Of a DNA stretch of 64,000 nt, positions 43,372-51,250 are shown one piece after another. Origin of the DNA: Armatimonadota bacterium (GTDB lineage Bacteria > Armatimonadota > HRBIN16); the NCBI GenBank assembly GCA_963677485.1, contig OY781964.1, positions 2,912,001 to 2,976,000 on the forward strand. Direction: 5' to 3'. The position numbers and the translations under genes were made by a program. How positions within the stretch are numbered: position 1 is the first letter of the stretch; every line of letters starts with the position of its first letter. Below the pieces are notes generated by a model. The model saw nothing but the letters and a program-made list of their open reading frames with translations, was not told the origin of the DNA and searched no databases.

Positions 43372-43623
43372 TGAAAATCCACGCCACACAACGTGGATTC
43401 AGGTTGCGGTAGCTTTCGTTTTAGCGATTGATATATTCAAAAGATACGGGTGACTACAAGAGGCACAGTATTACCCTCCCGTCATCCAATTACTCCGCGG
43501 TTCGGGAGAATCGGCGCAGGCATACCCCCCGTCCGCTTCAGCGGACCGGTATTGATCAGCGATGGGTGACGAGGCCCACTTTAGTGGGTTGATGGAACCC
43601 GTCGCTTCCTGCCCTTCCCCCCC

Positions 43624-44877
43624 CTACTCCCGCAAGTGCCCCTCCCCGATGGCTACCCACTTGGCGCAGGTGAGCTCCTCGGGACCTACCGGACCGCGGG
43701 CGTGCAGCTTGTCCGTGCTGATGCCCACCACCGCGCCCATGCCGTAGTCGCCGCCGCCGGATAGCCGCGTGCTGGCGTTGACCAGCACACTGGCGCTGTC
43801 CACCCCCAGGCAGAAGCGGTTGGCGGTGCTCATGCTGCTGGTGATAATGCCGTCGGTGTGCGAGCTGCCGTAGCTGTTGATGTGCTCCACGGCCTCCTCC
43901 AGACCATCCACCACGCGGATGCTCAGGATGGGGGCGAGGTATTCAGTGACCCAATCCTCCTCCGTGGCAGGCTTCATGGGAACAATCTGGCAACTGCGCT
44001 CGCAGCCGCGCAGCTCCACGCCGCGCTGGCGCAGGGCATCGGCCAGAACGGGCAGGGCGGTCGGCGCGATGGCGGCGTCCACCAGCAGCGTCTCCAGCGC
44101 GTTGCACACCTCCACCTTCTCCAGCTTGCTGTTCAGCACCAGCCGCACGGCCATTTCGATGTCGGCATCGGCGGCCACATACTGGTGGCAGATGCCGTCG
44201 TAGTGCTTGATGACCGGGATCAGGCTCTCCTCCGATACCCGCTTGATCAGCGACTTGCCGCCCCGCGGGATGATCACATCCACCAGCCCCTTCATGCGCA
44301 GTAACTGACCCACCGCAGCCCGGTCGGGCGTCCGCACGATCTGGATGGCGTCACGTGGCACCCCGCATCGGGCGGCGGCATCGGCCATGGTGTCGGCCAG
44401 CAGCACATTGGTGCGCAGCGCCTCGCTGCCCCCGCGCAAAATCACCGCATTCCCGCTGTACACGCACACGCTGGCGGCGTCGGTGGTCACATTGGGTCGG
44501 CTTTCATAGATGATGCCGATCACGCCCAGCGGCACGCTCACCCGGTGCACCTTCAAGCCGCTCGGGCGGGTATGACCCTTGGTGATGATGCCCAGCGGAT
44601 CGGGCAGATTGGCCAGATCGGAGAGGCGCTTCGCCATGTAGTCGAAGGCCTTGTCGTTCATCTCCAGCCGTTTGAGCATGGGGCCTTCCAGACCGGCCTC
44701 ACTCGCGGCCTGCACGTCCTGATCGTTGGCCGCTTTGATCGCCTCACGGCTGTCACTCAGCGCCTGGCCCATCGCTTTGATGGCGGCTTTGCGTACTTTC
44801 CCCGAGAGCTGCGAAAGCTCTCGGCTGGCCTTCTTGGCGCGCTCCGCCAGCGGGGTGATGTCACTATTCATATCCAT
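43624..44877 (-). CDS. proA: Gamma-glutamyl phosphate reductase
   Basis: VPLGVIGIIYESRPNVT, ILRGGSEA, IPRGGKSLI, VCNALETLL, SHTDGI, GISTDKLHARGP; AGGAG before ATG 44877. Confidence 0.96.
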   Translation of the reverse strand: MDMNSDITPLAERAKKASRELSQLSGKVRKAAIKAMGQALSDSREAIKAANDQDVQAASEAGLEGPMLKRLEMNDKAFDYMAKRLSDLANLPDPLGIITKGHTRPSGLKVHRVSVPLGVIGIIYESRPNVTTDAASVCVYSGNAVILRGGSEALRTNVLLADTMADAAARCGVPRDAIQIVRTPDRAAVGQLLRMKGLVDVIIPRGGKSLIKRVSEESLIPVIKHYDGICHQYVAADADIEMAVRLVLNSKLEKVEVCNALETLLVDAAIAPTALPVLADALRQRGVELRGCERSCQIVPMKPATEEDWVTEYLAPILSIRVVDGLEEAVEHINSYGSSHTDGIITSSMSTANRFCLGVDSASVLVNASTRLSGGGDYGMGAVVGISTDKLHARGPVGPEELTCAKWVAIGEGHLRE

Positions 44878-44953
44878 GGAATTCTCCTGAAAGGTCAACG
44901 GATGACTCATCTTTTTACATGATATCGCAGCTCTTTGGTATAACGATGACAGG

Positions 44954-46882
44954 TTACGGCTCGATGTACATTGTATAGAGATCAGCCCGTCGCATCGTGA
45001 CTCGGAGGCGGTAATCGCCTTCTGGCAACGCAAAGACGGGCATTTTGATGCCGTCTCCCCGGACGTTAGCGGTGGCGAGCACTCGGCCCTTCGCATCCAG
45101 CCGCTCTATGCGTAGCAGACCGGTTGCGGCGACACGGGCGTTCACTCGGAGCACCCCGCCTCCCTGGATGGGACGGGTGACGAAGCTCCCCTGGCCGCTT
45201 CCGGCACGGACGCCGAACCAGCCGTCGGCACGGTAAGACATCACCCCCACAGCATAGTAGCCCTTACGGGTGTTCTCCGCCAGGCCTTCCCAACCACCGA
45301 TAGATTTGAAATATGGCAGGCTTTCCGCGAATCGGCGTTTCCCAAAGACCGCCTTGTAGTCGTCACTGGTGACTTCGCGCAGGGAGTTACGGCGGAACAA
45401 GGGCTCGGCGAGATAGTGCGGCAGCGACGTGCCTGATGCCATCTGATAATAACGGTCGCCTGCTTGGACAATATCCTGGCCGGTAAACAACATGCCGAAA
45501 TACCAGTCGGAAGGGTTATTTGACTTAACAAACGGTTGCGGGTCAGTGAAGTCGTAGAAGCTATAACCATCTCGGCTGTATTTAAGGTCTAGATAGACCT
45601 GCTGGCTCTGGCCGTCGTATGCGGCGATGAAAGCTAAATGGAGCCCTGCATCAGGCATGTACCGGATATCAGCGTCATATTGCTGCGTGAACGAGCTATC
45701 AATCGGACCGCATGTGGTGATGGAGTGACAATACTTCCAGTCAACGCCGTCAACGGTACTGTATATGGTCAGGATGCGACTGCTGTTTGGCAGCAAGTCG
45801 TAAGGCACATCGTATGGCGCGAAACGGCGCACAGTCTGACCGCGGGCAAGATATAGCGTTTTACCGTCATCAGACAGCCACATGTTGCCGAAATTGTCGT
45901 TGGTTGTGAAGCCGTCATCGAAGTTGTCGCCAGTGTATATCGGCACATCACGAAAGAGCGGCGTACCGCGCAGGAATACAGTCTGGCCAGATGTGGTGCG
46001 GGCAACGAGCCAGTAGGTTCGACTGCCAGCCTGAACACATCCAAAATCATGGGGCTCACTGTTTTGGATGACTCCGACGTCACGCAGAGTGTAGCTGCCA
46101 TGACGATTACGGTCGTACATCTCATACTTATCTTGGCTTGATGTCAAACCGAGTGTTCCGAAGTCTTTGTAGATATCTTTCATCGGCTGCATACGAGCGA
46201 CCGAAGTAACGAGCTTATATGGCCCCTCGGGCGATCGGCTCTGGACGGCAAAGTTTCTAGCATCACTAGAGTAAAGGTATCCTCGCCTGTACGGATGCTC
46301 CTGCCCCCTAATCACATAGTTGCCGTCAACTGTTTTGCCAACCGATATACCATACAAGTTCACCACATCGGGGCTAGTTGAGTGGTAGGCTTCGGTAAGT
46401 TTGGGCTTGGAATAGCGGATCTCGAGGTTGCGGAACGACTCAAAGAGCCAGCTATCGGGCGTGAAGAATATCTTGCGAAAACCGATAGGACCAGTGGGCT
46501 TCTGCATGGCGGGGATGCGCTCGATACGCAGCATGCGCTTCATCGAGGCTTTCCCTACCGTCACGGTGGCTATGTATCGTCCCGGAGGAATTGCGCCGAT
46601 GTTTTTAAGCACACAGGCGTTCCATCCTGGTGAAAGTTTGAAGCTCCCGTTCCAAACCTCCTTCTCTTCGGGTGAGGCAACGGAGACCGAAGCGGCGCGC
46701 AGCTCGGTCATTGCCTTGGGTATGACTACCGTGAGCTCGGCTTGCGAAGGGTTGCGGTAGATGGGCATCGTGAACTCGGCCTGCACTTCGGCGAAATCAA
46801 GCAACTCGCCGGCGGCTTGTGCGAAAGATGCACATGCGACAGCCAGTAAACATACGGCAAGACATAGTATCGTTCTTCTCAT
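44954..46882 (-). CDS. Secreted hypothetical protein, probable beta-propeller glycosidase-like
   Basis: Signal peptide; Asp-box-like STVDGVDW and YSRDGYSF; C-terminal YRADGW...GSFVTRP...LRVNA...LRVTMRRADLY. Confidence 0.6.
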   Translation of the reverse strand: MRRTILCLAVCLLAVACASFAQAAGELLDFAEVQAEFTMPIYRNPSQAELTVVIPKAMTELRAASVSVASPEEKEVWNGSFKLSPGWNACVLKNIGAIPPGRYIATVTVGKASMKRMLRIERIPAMQKPTGPIGFRKIFFTPDSWLFESFRNLEIRYSKPKLTEAYHSTSPDVVNLYGISVGKTVDGNYVIRGQEHPYRRGYLYSSDARNFAVQSRSPEGPYKLVTSVARMQPMKDIYKDFGTLGLTSSQDKYEMYDRNRHGSYTLRDVGVIQNSEPHDFGCVQAGSRTYWLVARTTSGQTVFLRGTPLFRDVPIYTGDNFDDGFTTNDNFGNMWLSDDGKTLYLARGQTVRRFAPYDVPYDLLPNSSRILTIYSTVDGVDWKYCHSITTCGPIDSSFTQQYDADIRYMPDAGLHLAFIAAYDGQSQQVYLDLKYSRDGYSFYDFTDPQPFVKSNNPSDWYFGMLFTGQDIVQAGDRYYQMASGTSLPHYLAEPLFRRNSLREVTSDDYKAVFGKRRFAESLPYFKSIGGWEGLAENTRKGYYAVGVMSYRADGWFGVRAGSGQGSFVTRPIQGGGVLRVNARVAATGLLRIERLDAKGRVLATANVRGDGIKMPVFALPEGDYRLRVTMRRADLYTMYIEP

Positions 46883-47082
46883 GGGATAGCCTTCTTTCTG
46901 TGAGGCAGTGTCGGGGATCGCAACCAGGCGGTCTACCGAGGGGGCTTGTAGTTTGCATCCATGTCACTCAACCATGCACTAAGATTGCAATTCGCATACA
47001 TTGTACCCTGAAAGATCGCGGCGGGCATATGCTGGGCGTATAACCGGCGGGTGATATCACCGTATTCAGGTGCTGGGTTGAT

Positions 47083-47105
47083 GGCGTTTCGCGAAACGCC
47101 CCTAC
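47083..47105 (-). repeat. GTAG-type REP overlapping the stop codon of the upstream gene
   Basis: Minus strand reads AT-GTAG-GGGCGTTTCGCGAAACGCC; the TAG is the stop of 47102-50725. Confidence 0.75.
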
Positions 47106-50100
47106 ATTTTTTTGATCAATCCCTCAATCGCGCGCGCAAGCTGACGCTTGACGGCGAACACGGCATCCGGGTCGGGCAGGATGGCGGACGAATACCTACC
47201 GCCGGTACTGGGCATACCGACCAGCTCTTCGGCGGACTTCAATGCCAGCTCCGCGGAGGCGGTATCCAAGCCCTTCGCCTTCGCTTGGGCGATCAGAGCG
47301 CGCAACAGGTGCAGGTATTCGTAATCCTCCACACCCTCACGCGCCTGAGCCATTCGGATGGAAGGGATCGGCGCATTGATGCCGACAGAGGCCCCCGGGT
47401 AGGCGATGTAGCCGTCTCCATTAGGATACCGCACGAAGTAGCTCTTGCCTGGCGTGTCGGTCTGCGGGATGTAGGAGTGCCAGCCGTATGTGTGCGGGTC
47501 ATAGGTCAGCCAGTTGGCCCCCCAGAACTCATAGCCCTCCACACCATACTTGTCGCAGTAGTGCGGCAGCAGCCGTTCAATCGCACAATATGGGGTATCC
47601 AGGCACATCTGGCCATCGGTGGTGAAACGCACCCGCGCACCGTCGGCTCGCAGCTTCTTGATGGTGGTTTCGGGCACATCGCCGTAGTGGCCGATTCCCC
47701 ATAAATTCAAGTAACCGTCCCAGCTATCCACATGCCCCCAAGTGCTGGAGTAGATGGGGATGGCGGGATCAACCTCCGCGATCATTTTGCAGAGTGCCTG
47801 CATCTGCGCGATGGTGGCCGGCTGGCTGTAGAAGGGCTCATCTGAGATGTAGTAGACCAGCTTCTTGTCCCAGCTATTTTGTTTCACATGATCCCAGTAA
47901 GCTTTTAAGCAGGCCTTCATGGCCGTTTTGAACTCTCGACGCAAGATGCGCCGGTCGACCCCATCATACGGGAACACCCCATCGTATGGCTTCTCTCCGA
48001 AGCGCACATCGGGCGGAAATCCCCAGCCAAACAGGTAGAACACATCGGGCATGTAGGAGCTGGGCAGATGCAGCACGTCCAAGTAGTATTCGGCCGCCTT
48101 GTCATACTCAGTGAAGTCCGCAACCACCTTGCCGTTCTCATAGCGGATGTCCGGGTTGGGATAGATACGGTCTGGGCACAGCCGATAATCGGCCATAAAC
48201 TTCCAGAACTGGCGGCGGCTTTGCTCGGTGCTCTGCCCGGGAATTTCCCATTCGGAACCCATCCGCACGTCATAGATCGCCACGGTATTCGACTGCTGCG
48301 GCAGCGAGAACCCCCACAAATGCACCGTGAAGGGAAGCTCCTTGACGCTCTTTCCGGCGGAGATCAGCTTGACCTTGCCCGCATAGTCACCAGGAGCTGC
48401 ATTCGTCGGCGTGCTGACGGTGATCCAAATCGGCTGGGTGCTGTTGGCCTCCAGCTTTACATGGTCACGCGGGTAGATGGGGTCTGGCCACATGCCAGCC
48501 CAACCGTCACATGCCGGTGGCGACTGCGGCACTTTTCGGAACCACACCGGGTTGGTATCCTGGTAGTAGTTGGTGGGGTAATCCACCGGCACGAAACCCA
48601 CCATACCCACATCGACACCGAGTTTTGAACCTGACTTGTTCACAGGTGCATCAACCACCACGCGGACGTCTGCCAGGGCCTTCGGGCTGCGCAGTGCCAG
48701 TTGCAGGGGCTCCTTCTCGTTACCCGCCATGGTGATCTGCACCGCGGGCTGTTTGCCGACCGGATGGTGTTCGTGAAACACCTTCTCGATGGCGTTCACC
48801 TGCCACAGCTCCAGAAGGCTGCTGCCCGGAGCCGGTCGGGTCAGCACCCCTCGCGGCATGGCGGAGCTGACTTCCATCACCACCACCCCATCGTGCCAGA
48901 GAGTGCCGGTGCCGTTTGTAGTGAGGTGCAGCTCTATCTCGCTGGAGTTGGAGGGAATGGTGAGCGAACCCGACAGCAGTGTCCAATCGGAGTCACCGCT
49001 GATCGCGGTGCCGATGTTGGCGTAGACAATCGTATCACCCTTCACATCAAGGATGTGCGCATACATCGATGTGCCCACGGAGAGCTGCTGGCTCCTCATC
49101 CATACCGCGCATAGATAACTCTGTCCTGGTTTGGCCTTGATCTTCTGACGCCAGCCCACCCAGGCCGCAGGACTACTAGCCGGCACCGCTATCTTGCCGC
49201 AGTGCTGGCCGAACAATCCGGGCGTGTCAACTGACATGCGGGTCGCCTCAGCACTGATGCCCTCAACGCCGCCTTGCCAGCCATCCGGGAATGGGCTGCC
49301 GGTCTCCAGACTTGGGTTCTTCGCGAGGTTGTTTGGGCTGTTGAGCAGTGCTTCATAGGCCTTCCGCGAGATGCCGTTTGTGGACGCCATCTTACCGGAC
49401 GCCGGGTTTTGTCGGGTGTCTTCCGTGGTTCCGGTGCTGCGCGTGCTGCTTATCTGAACCCCCACAGCCTTGCCCGCAGCTCGAGGATGTACATACAACC
49501 CCAGCGTCACCGAGTTCCGGGCAGGCAGGCTGACGCCCGAAATCAGCAGCGTGTTGCCTAGAAGGGTGCTGGGATAGCTGCGCAGCCCATCGGACACCAC
49601 GATGCTGGCGGTGTCTGCGTTGCGGCCCATGCGCGCTTTGGTGCCCGCTATGTCCACGCTAACCACGCTTGAACCGAGCGGTTGATCTGTGAAGTTGAAC
49701 AGCTTAACTGGTGCGCACCACTCCGTACCTTTCGGCCAGGTGGTGGCAAGCGTCTTTTCCGTGAGTTGCATCTTCTCAGGTGGGAACAGCTTGGTTGTGA
49801 TGGCAGCTTCAGTTCCCGTGGTCACCAGGCTGATGTCGTCAAACCAAGCGGTGCCGGTGCCGTAGAGCAAGGTGCCGAGGTCCGCCATGCTGCAGTCTTT
49901 CGGCACGGTGAACTCCGTGCTGACGCGGTGCCAGTCGTTGGTACCAGCCTGCCCAGCCGCCATGGGCGAGAGCACCATATAGTTTCCCGGGTTACCTACA
50001 TGGATGTAGATGCCCACGCTTCCGACCACATTTTCGGTGCGCACCCAAGCCGACAGGGTGTAGTGCTCACCGGCCACGAGCCGAAGGCCATCCTGGCGCG

Positions 50101-50725
50101 TTGATATCCAACTCGCGGCTGCATCCGACCGAACCTCCAGCTTCAAACAGCGCTTCCCTGAATGGGGGGTATCGGTGCTCCAACTGGCGGTGTGCTGCTC
50201 ATCGGCTGCATCGTGCTTCCAGCCGGTCGGCGTATTCGCCTGACCCTGCTCCACCCCTCCGTTTATGAGTTCACCACCGCCCTTCAGGAAGTCGGGCACG
50301 GCAAGCGCGTGCGGATTGTCAAAGTAGACGTAATACCGGCTGATGGAGGTAGGCTCGCAATCTACCGGTATCAGCAGCTTAGCGCCGTCAGGGATCGGCC
50401 CGCTGGTGATGTCCCTGCCCTGCGGACTGGTGAGCTTCCACAGCAGTTCGCGGCCTGAGGCGTCGCAGACACGCAGCCCCTTCGCATCGGTCGACACCAA
50501 CTTGATCTGCCCATCCTGCGAGCCGACGGTCAGGCTGACTGGCTCTCCTGCTAAGACTCGGCTGGAGCGGTTGGTTACCTCCACCATTTGCCTTTGCTTC
50601 CAGTAGCCGTCACCGCCCAGGTAGAGGTTGTTGTGCCAAGGCGCCGGTGCGGCTTGCATGGTACTGGTAGTTGAAAGAGCGATTATAAGAGCAAACCCAA
50701 CGAATAGTGAGCGAGATGATGACAT
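47102..50725 (-). CDS. Large secreted glycoside hydrolase-like protein with two CBM4/9-like modules and a DUF4091 (GH123-like) C-terminus
   Basis: Signal peptide; NGGVEQG and NPSLETG CBM starts; YYISDEP; NGDGYIAYPG...PSIRMAQAREGVEDYEY. Confidence 0.8.
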   Translation of the reverse strand: MSSSRSLFVGFALIIALSTTSTMQAAPAPWHNNLYLGGDGYWKQRQMVEVTNRSSRVLAGEPVSLTVGSQDGQIKLVSTDAKGLRVCDASGRELLWKLTSPQGRDITSGPIPDGAKLLIPVDCEPTSISRYYVYFDNPHALAVPDFLKGGGELINGGVEQGQANTPTGWKHDAADEQHTASWSTDTPHSGKRCLKLEVRSDAAASWISTRQDGLRLVAGEHYTLSAWVRTENVVGSVGIYIHVGNPGNYMVLSPMAAGQAGTNDWHRVSTEFTVPKDCSMADLGTLLYGTGTAWFDDISLVTTGTEAAITTKLFPPEKMQLTEKTLATTWPKGTEWCAPVKLFNFTDQPLGSSVVSVDIAGTKARMGRNADTASIVVSDGLRSYPSTLLGNTLLISGVSLPARNSVTLGLYVHPRAAGKAVGVQISSTRSTGTTEDTRQNPASGKMASTNGISRKAYEALLNSPNNLAKNPSLETGSPFPDGWQGGVEGISAEATRMSVDTPGLFGQHCGKIAVPASSPAAWVGWRQKIKAKPGQSYLCAVWMRSQQLSVGTSMYAHILDVKGDTIVYANIGTAISGDSDWTLLSGSLTIPSNSSEIELHLTTNGTGTLWHDGVVVMEVSSAMPRGVLTRPAPGSSLLELWQVNAIEKVFHEHHPVGKQPAVQITMAGNEKEPLQLALRSPKALADVRVVVDAPVNKSGSKLGVDVGMVGFVPVDYPTNYYQDTNPVWFRKVPQSPPACDGWAGMWPDPIYPRDHVKLEANSTQPIWITVSTPTNAAPGDYAGKVKLISAGKSVKELPFTVHLWGFSLPQQSNTVAIYDVRMGSEWEIPGQSTEQSRRQFWKFMADYRLCPDRIYPNPDIRYENGKVVADFTEYDKAAEYYLDVLHLPSSYMPDVFYLFGWGFPPDVRFGEKPYDGVFPYDGVDRRILRREFKTAMKACLKAYWDHVKQNSWDKKLVYYISDEPFYSQPATIAQMQALCKMIAEVDPAIPIYSSTWGHVDSWDGYLNLWGIGHYGDVPETTIKKLRADGARVRFTTDGQMCLDTPYCAIERLLPHYCDKYGVEGYEFWGANWLTYDPHTYGWHSYIPQTDTPGKSYFVRYPNGDGYIAYPGASVGINAPIPSIRMAQAREGVEDYEYLHLLRALIAQAKAKGLDTASAELALKSAEELVGMPSTGGRYSSAILPDPDAVFAVKRQLARAIEGLIKKM

Positions 50726-50855
50726 GATAATCCTCCCAAGAGGGCAGATAAGATGCAGGCGACCAAACTAGTGACATGATACGCCATCACCTATCAGGCT
50801 GCAATCGGGTATCCACCATGGTGAATGCCGCTTGAGTGCTCAGAGCCACGTGAGC

Positions 50856-50884
50856 TTGACAGCTTCATTGGTATCTGGTACTAT
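50856..50884 (+). promoter_or_regulatory. Sigma70 promoter for tRNA-Glu
   Basis: TTGACA-17 nt-TACTAT with extended -10 TG, 17 nt upstream of the tRNA. Confidence 0.8.
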
Positions 50885-50901
50885 ATCTTTGCACGCGATA
50901 T

Positions 50902-50978
50902 GGCCTCATCGTCTAGTGGCCTAGGACGCCTGGTTCTCAGCCAGGAGATCAGGGGTTCGAATCCCCTTGGGGCTACCA
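50902..50978 (+). tRNA. tRNA-Glu (anticodon CTC)
   Basis: GGCCTCA/TGGGGCT acceptor stem, CCTGG-TTCTCAG-CCAGG anticodon arm, AGGGG-TTCGAAT-CCCCT T-arm, encoded CCA. Confidence 0.97.
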
Positions 50979-50983
50979 ATTTT

Positions 50984-51025
50984 CAGAGAGCGGAAAGCGA
51001 ACAGCTTTCCGCTCTCTGGCGTTTT
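50984..51025 (+). terminator. Intrinsic terminator after tRNA-Glu
   Basis: CAGAGAGCGGAAAGC-GAACA-GCTTTCCGCTCTCTG followed by GCGTTTT. Confidence 0.8.
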
Positions 51026-51250
51026 AGTAGGGTGATGGGATGTCTATGGCCACGTTCATACCATACAGCTTGTCTGCAGGTTGTGCAGGTGGCGTTACCG
51101 CCAGATTACGTGCTCTCATCGCTCGGATTTTGTGAGATGTAATCCGGGTGAGCACACTGCACTTGACATGATCTTAGTTATCTTCAAGGCTAGCTCAGAA
51201 TCCAGTTCACTTAATGAGCATCACATCATCATCATATGGAATACCGACAA

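Larger units (their letters stand above)
35910..43480. other. AT-rich genomic island carrying a four-gene operon and an inserted element
   Basis: Abrupt visible shift to AT-rich sequence and A/T-ending codons; none of the host REP-like repeats seen inside; borders approximate. Confidence 0.8.

Noticed and set aside
50902-50978. tRNA-Glu as integration site for an island or prophage
   Set aside because: No integrase and no duplicated tRNA 3' end was seen; its own terminator follows directly
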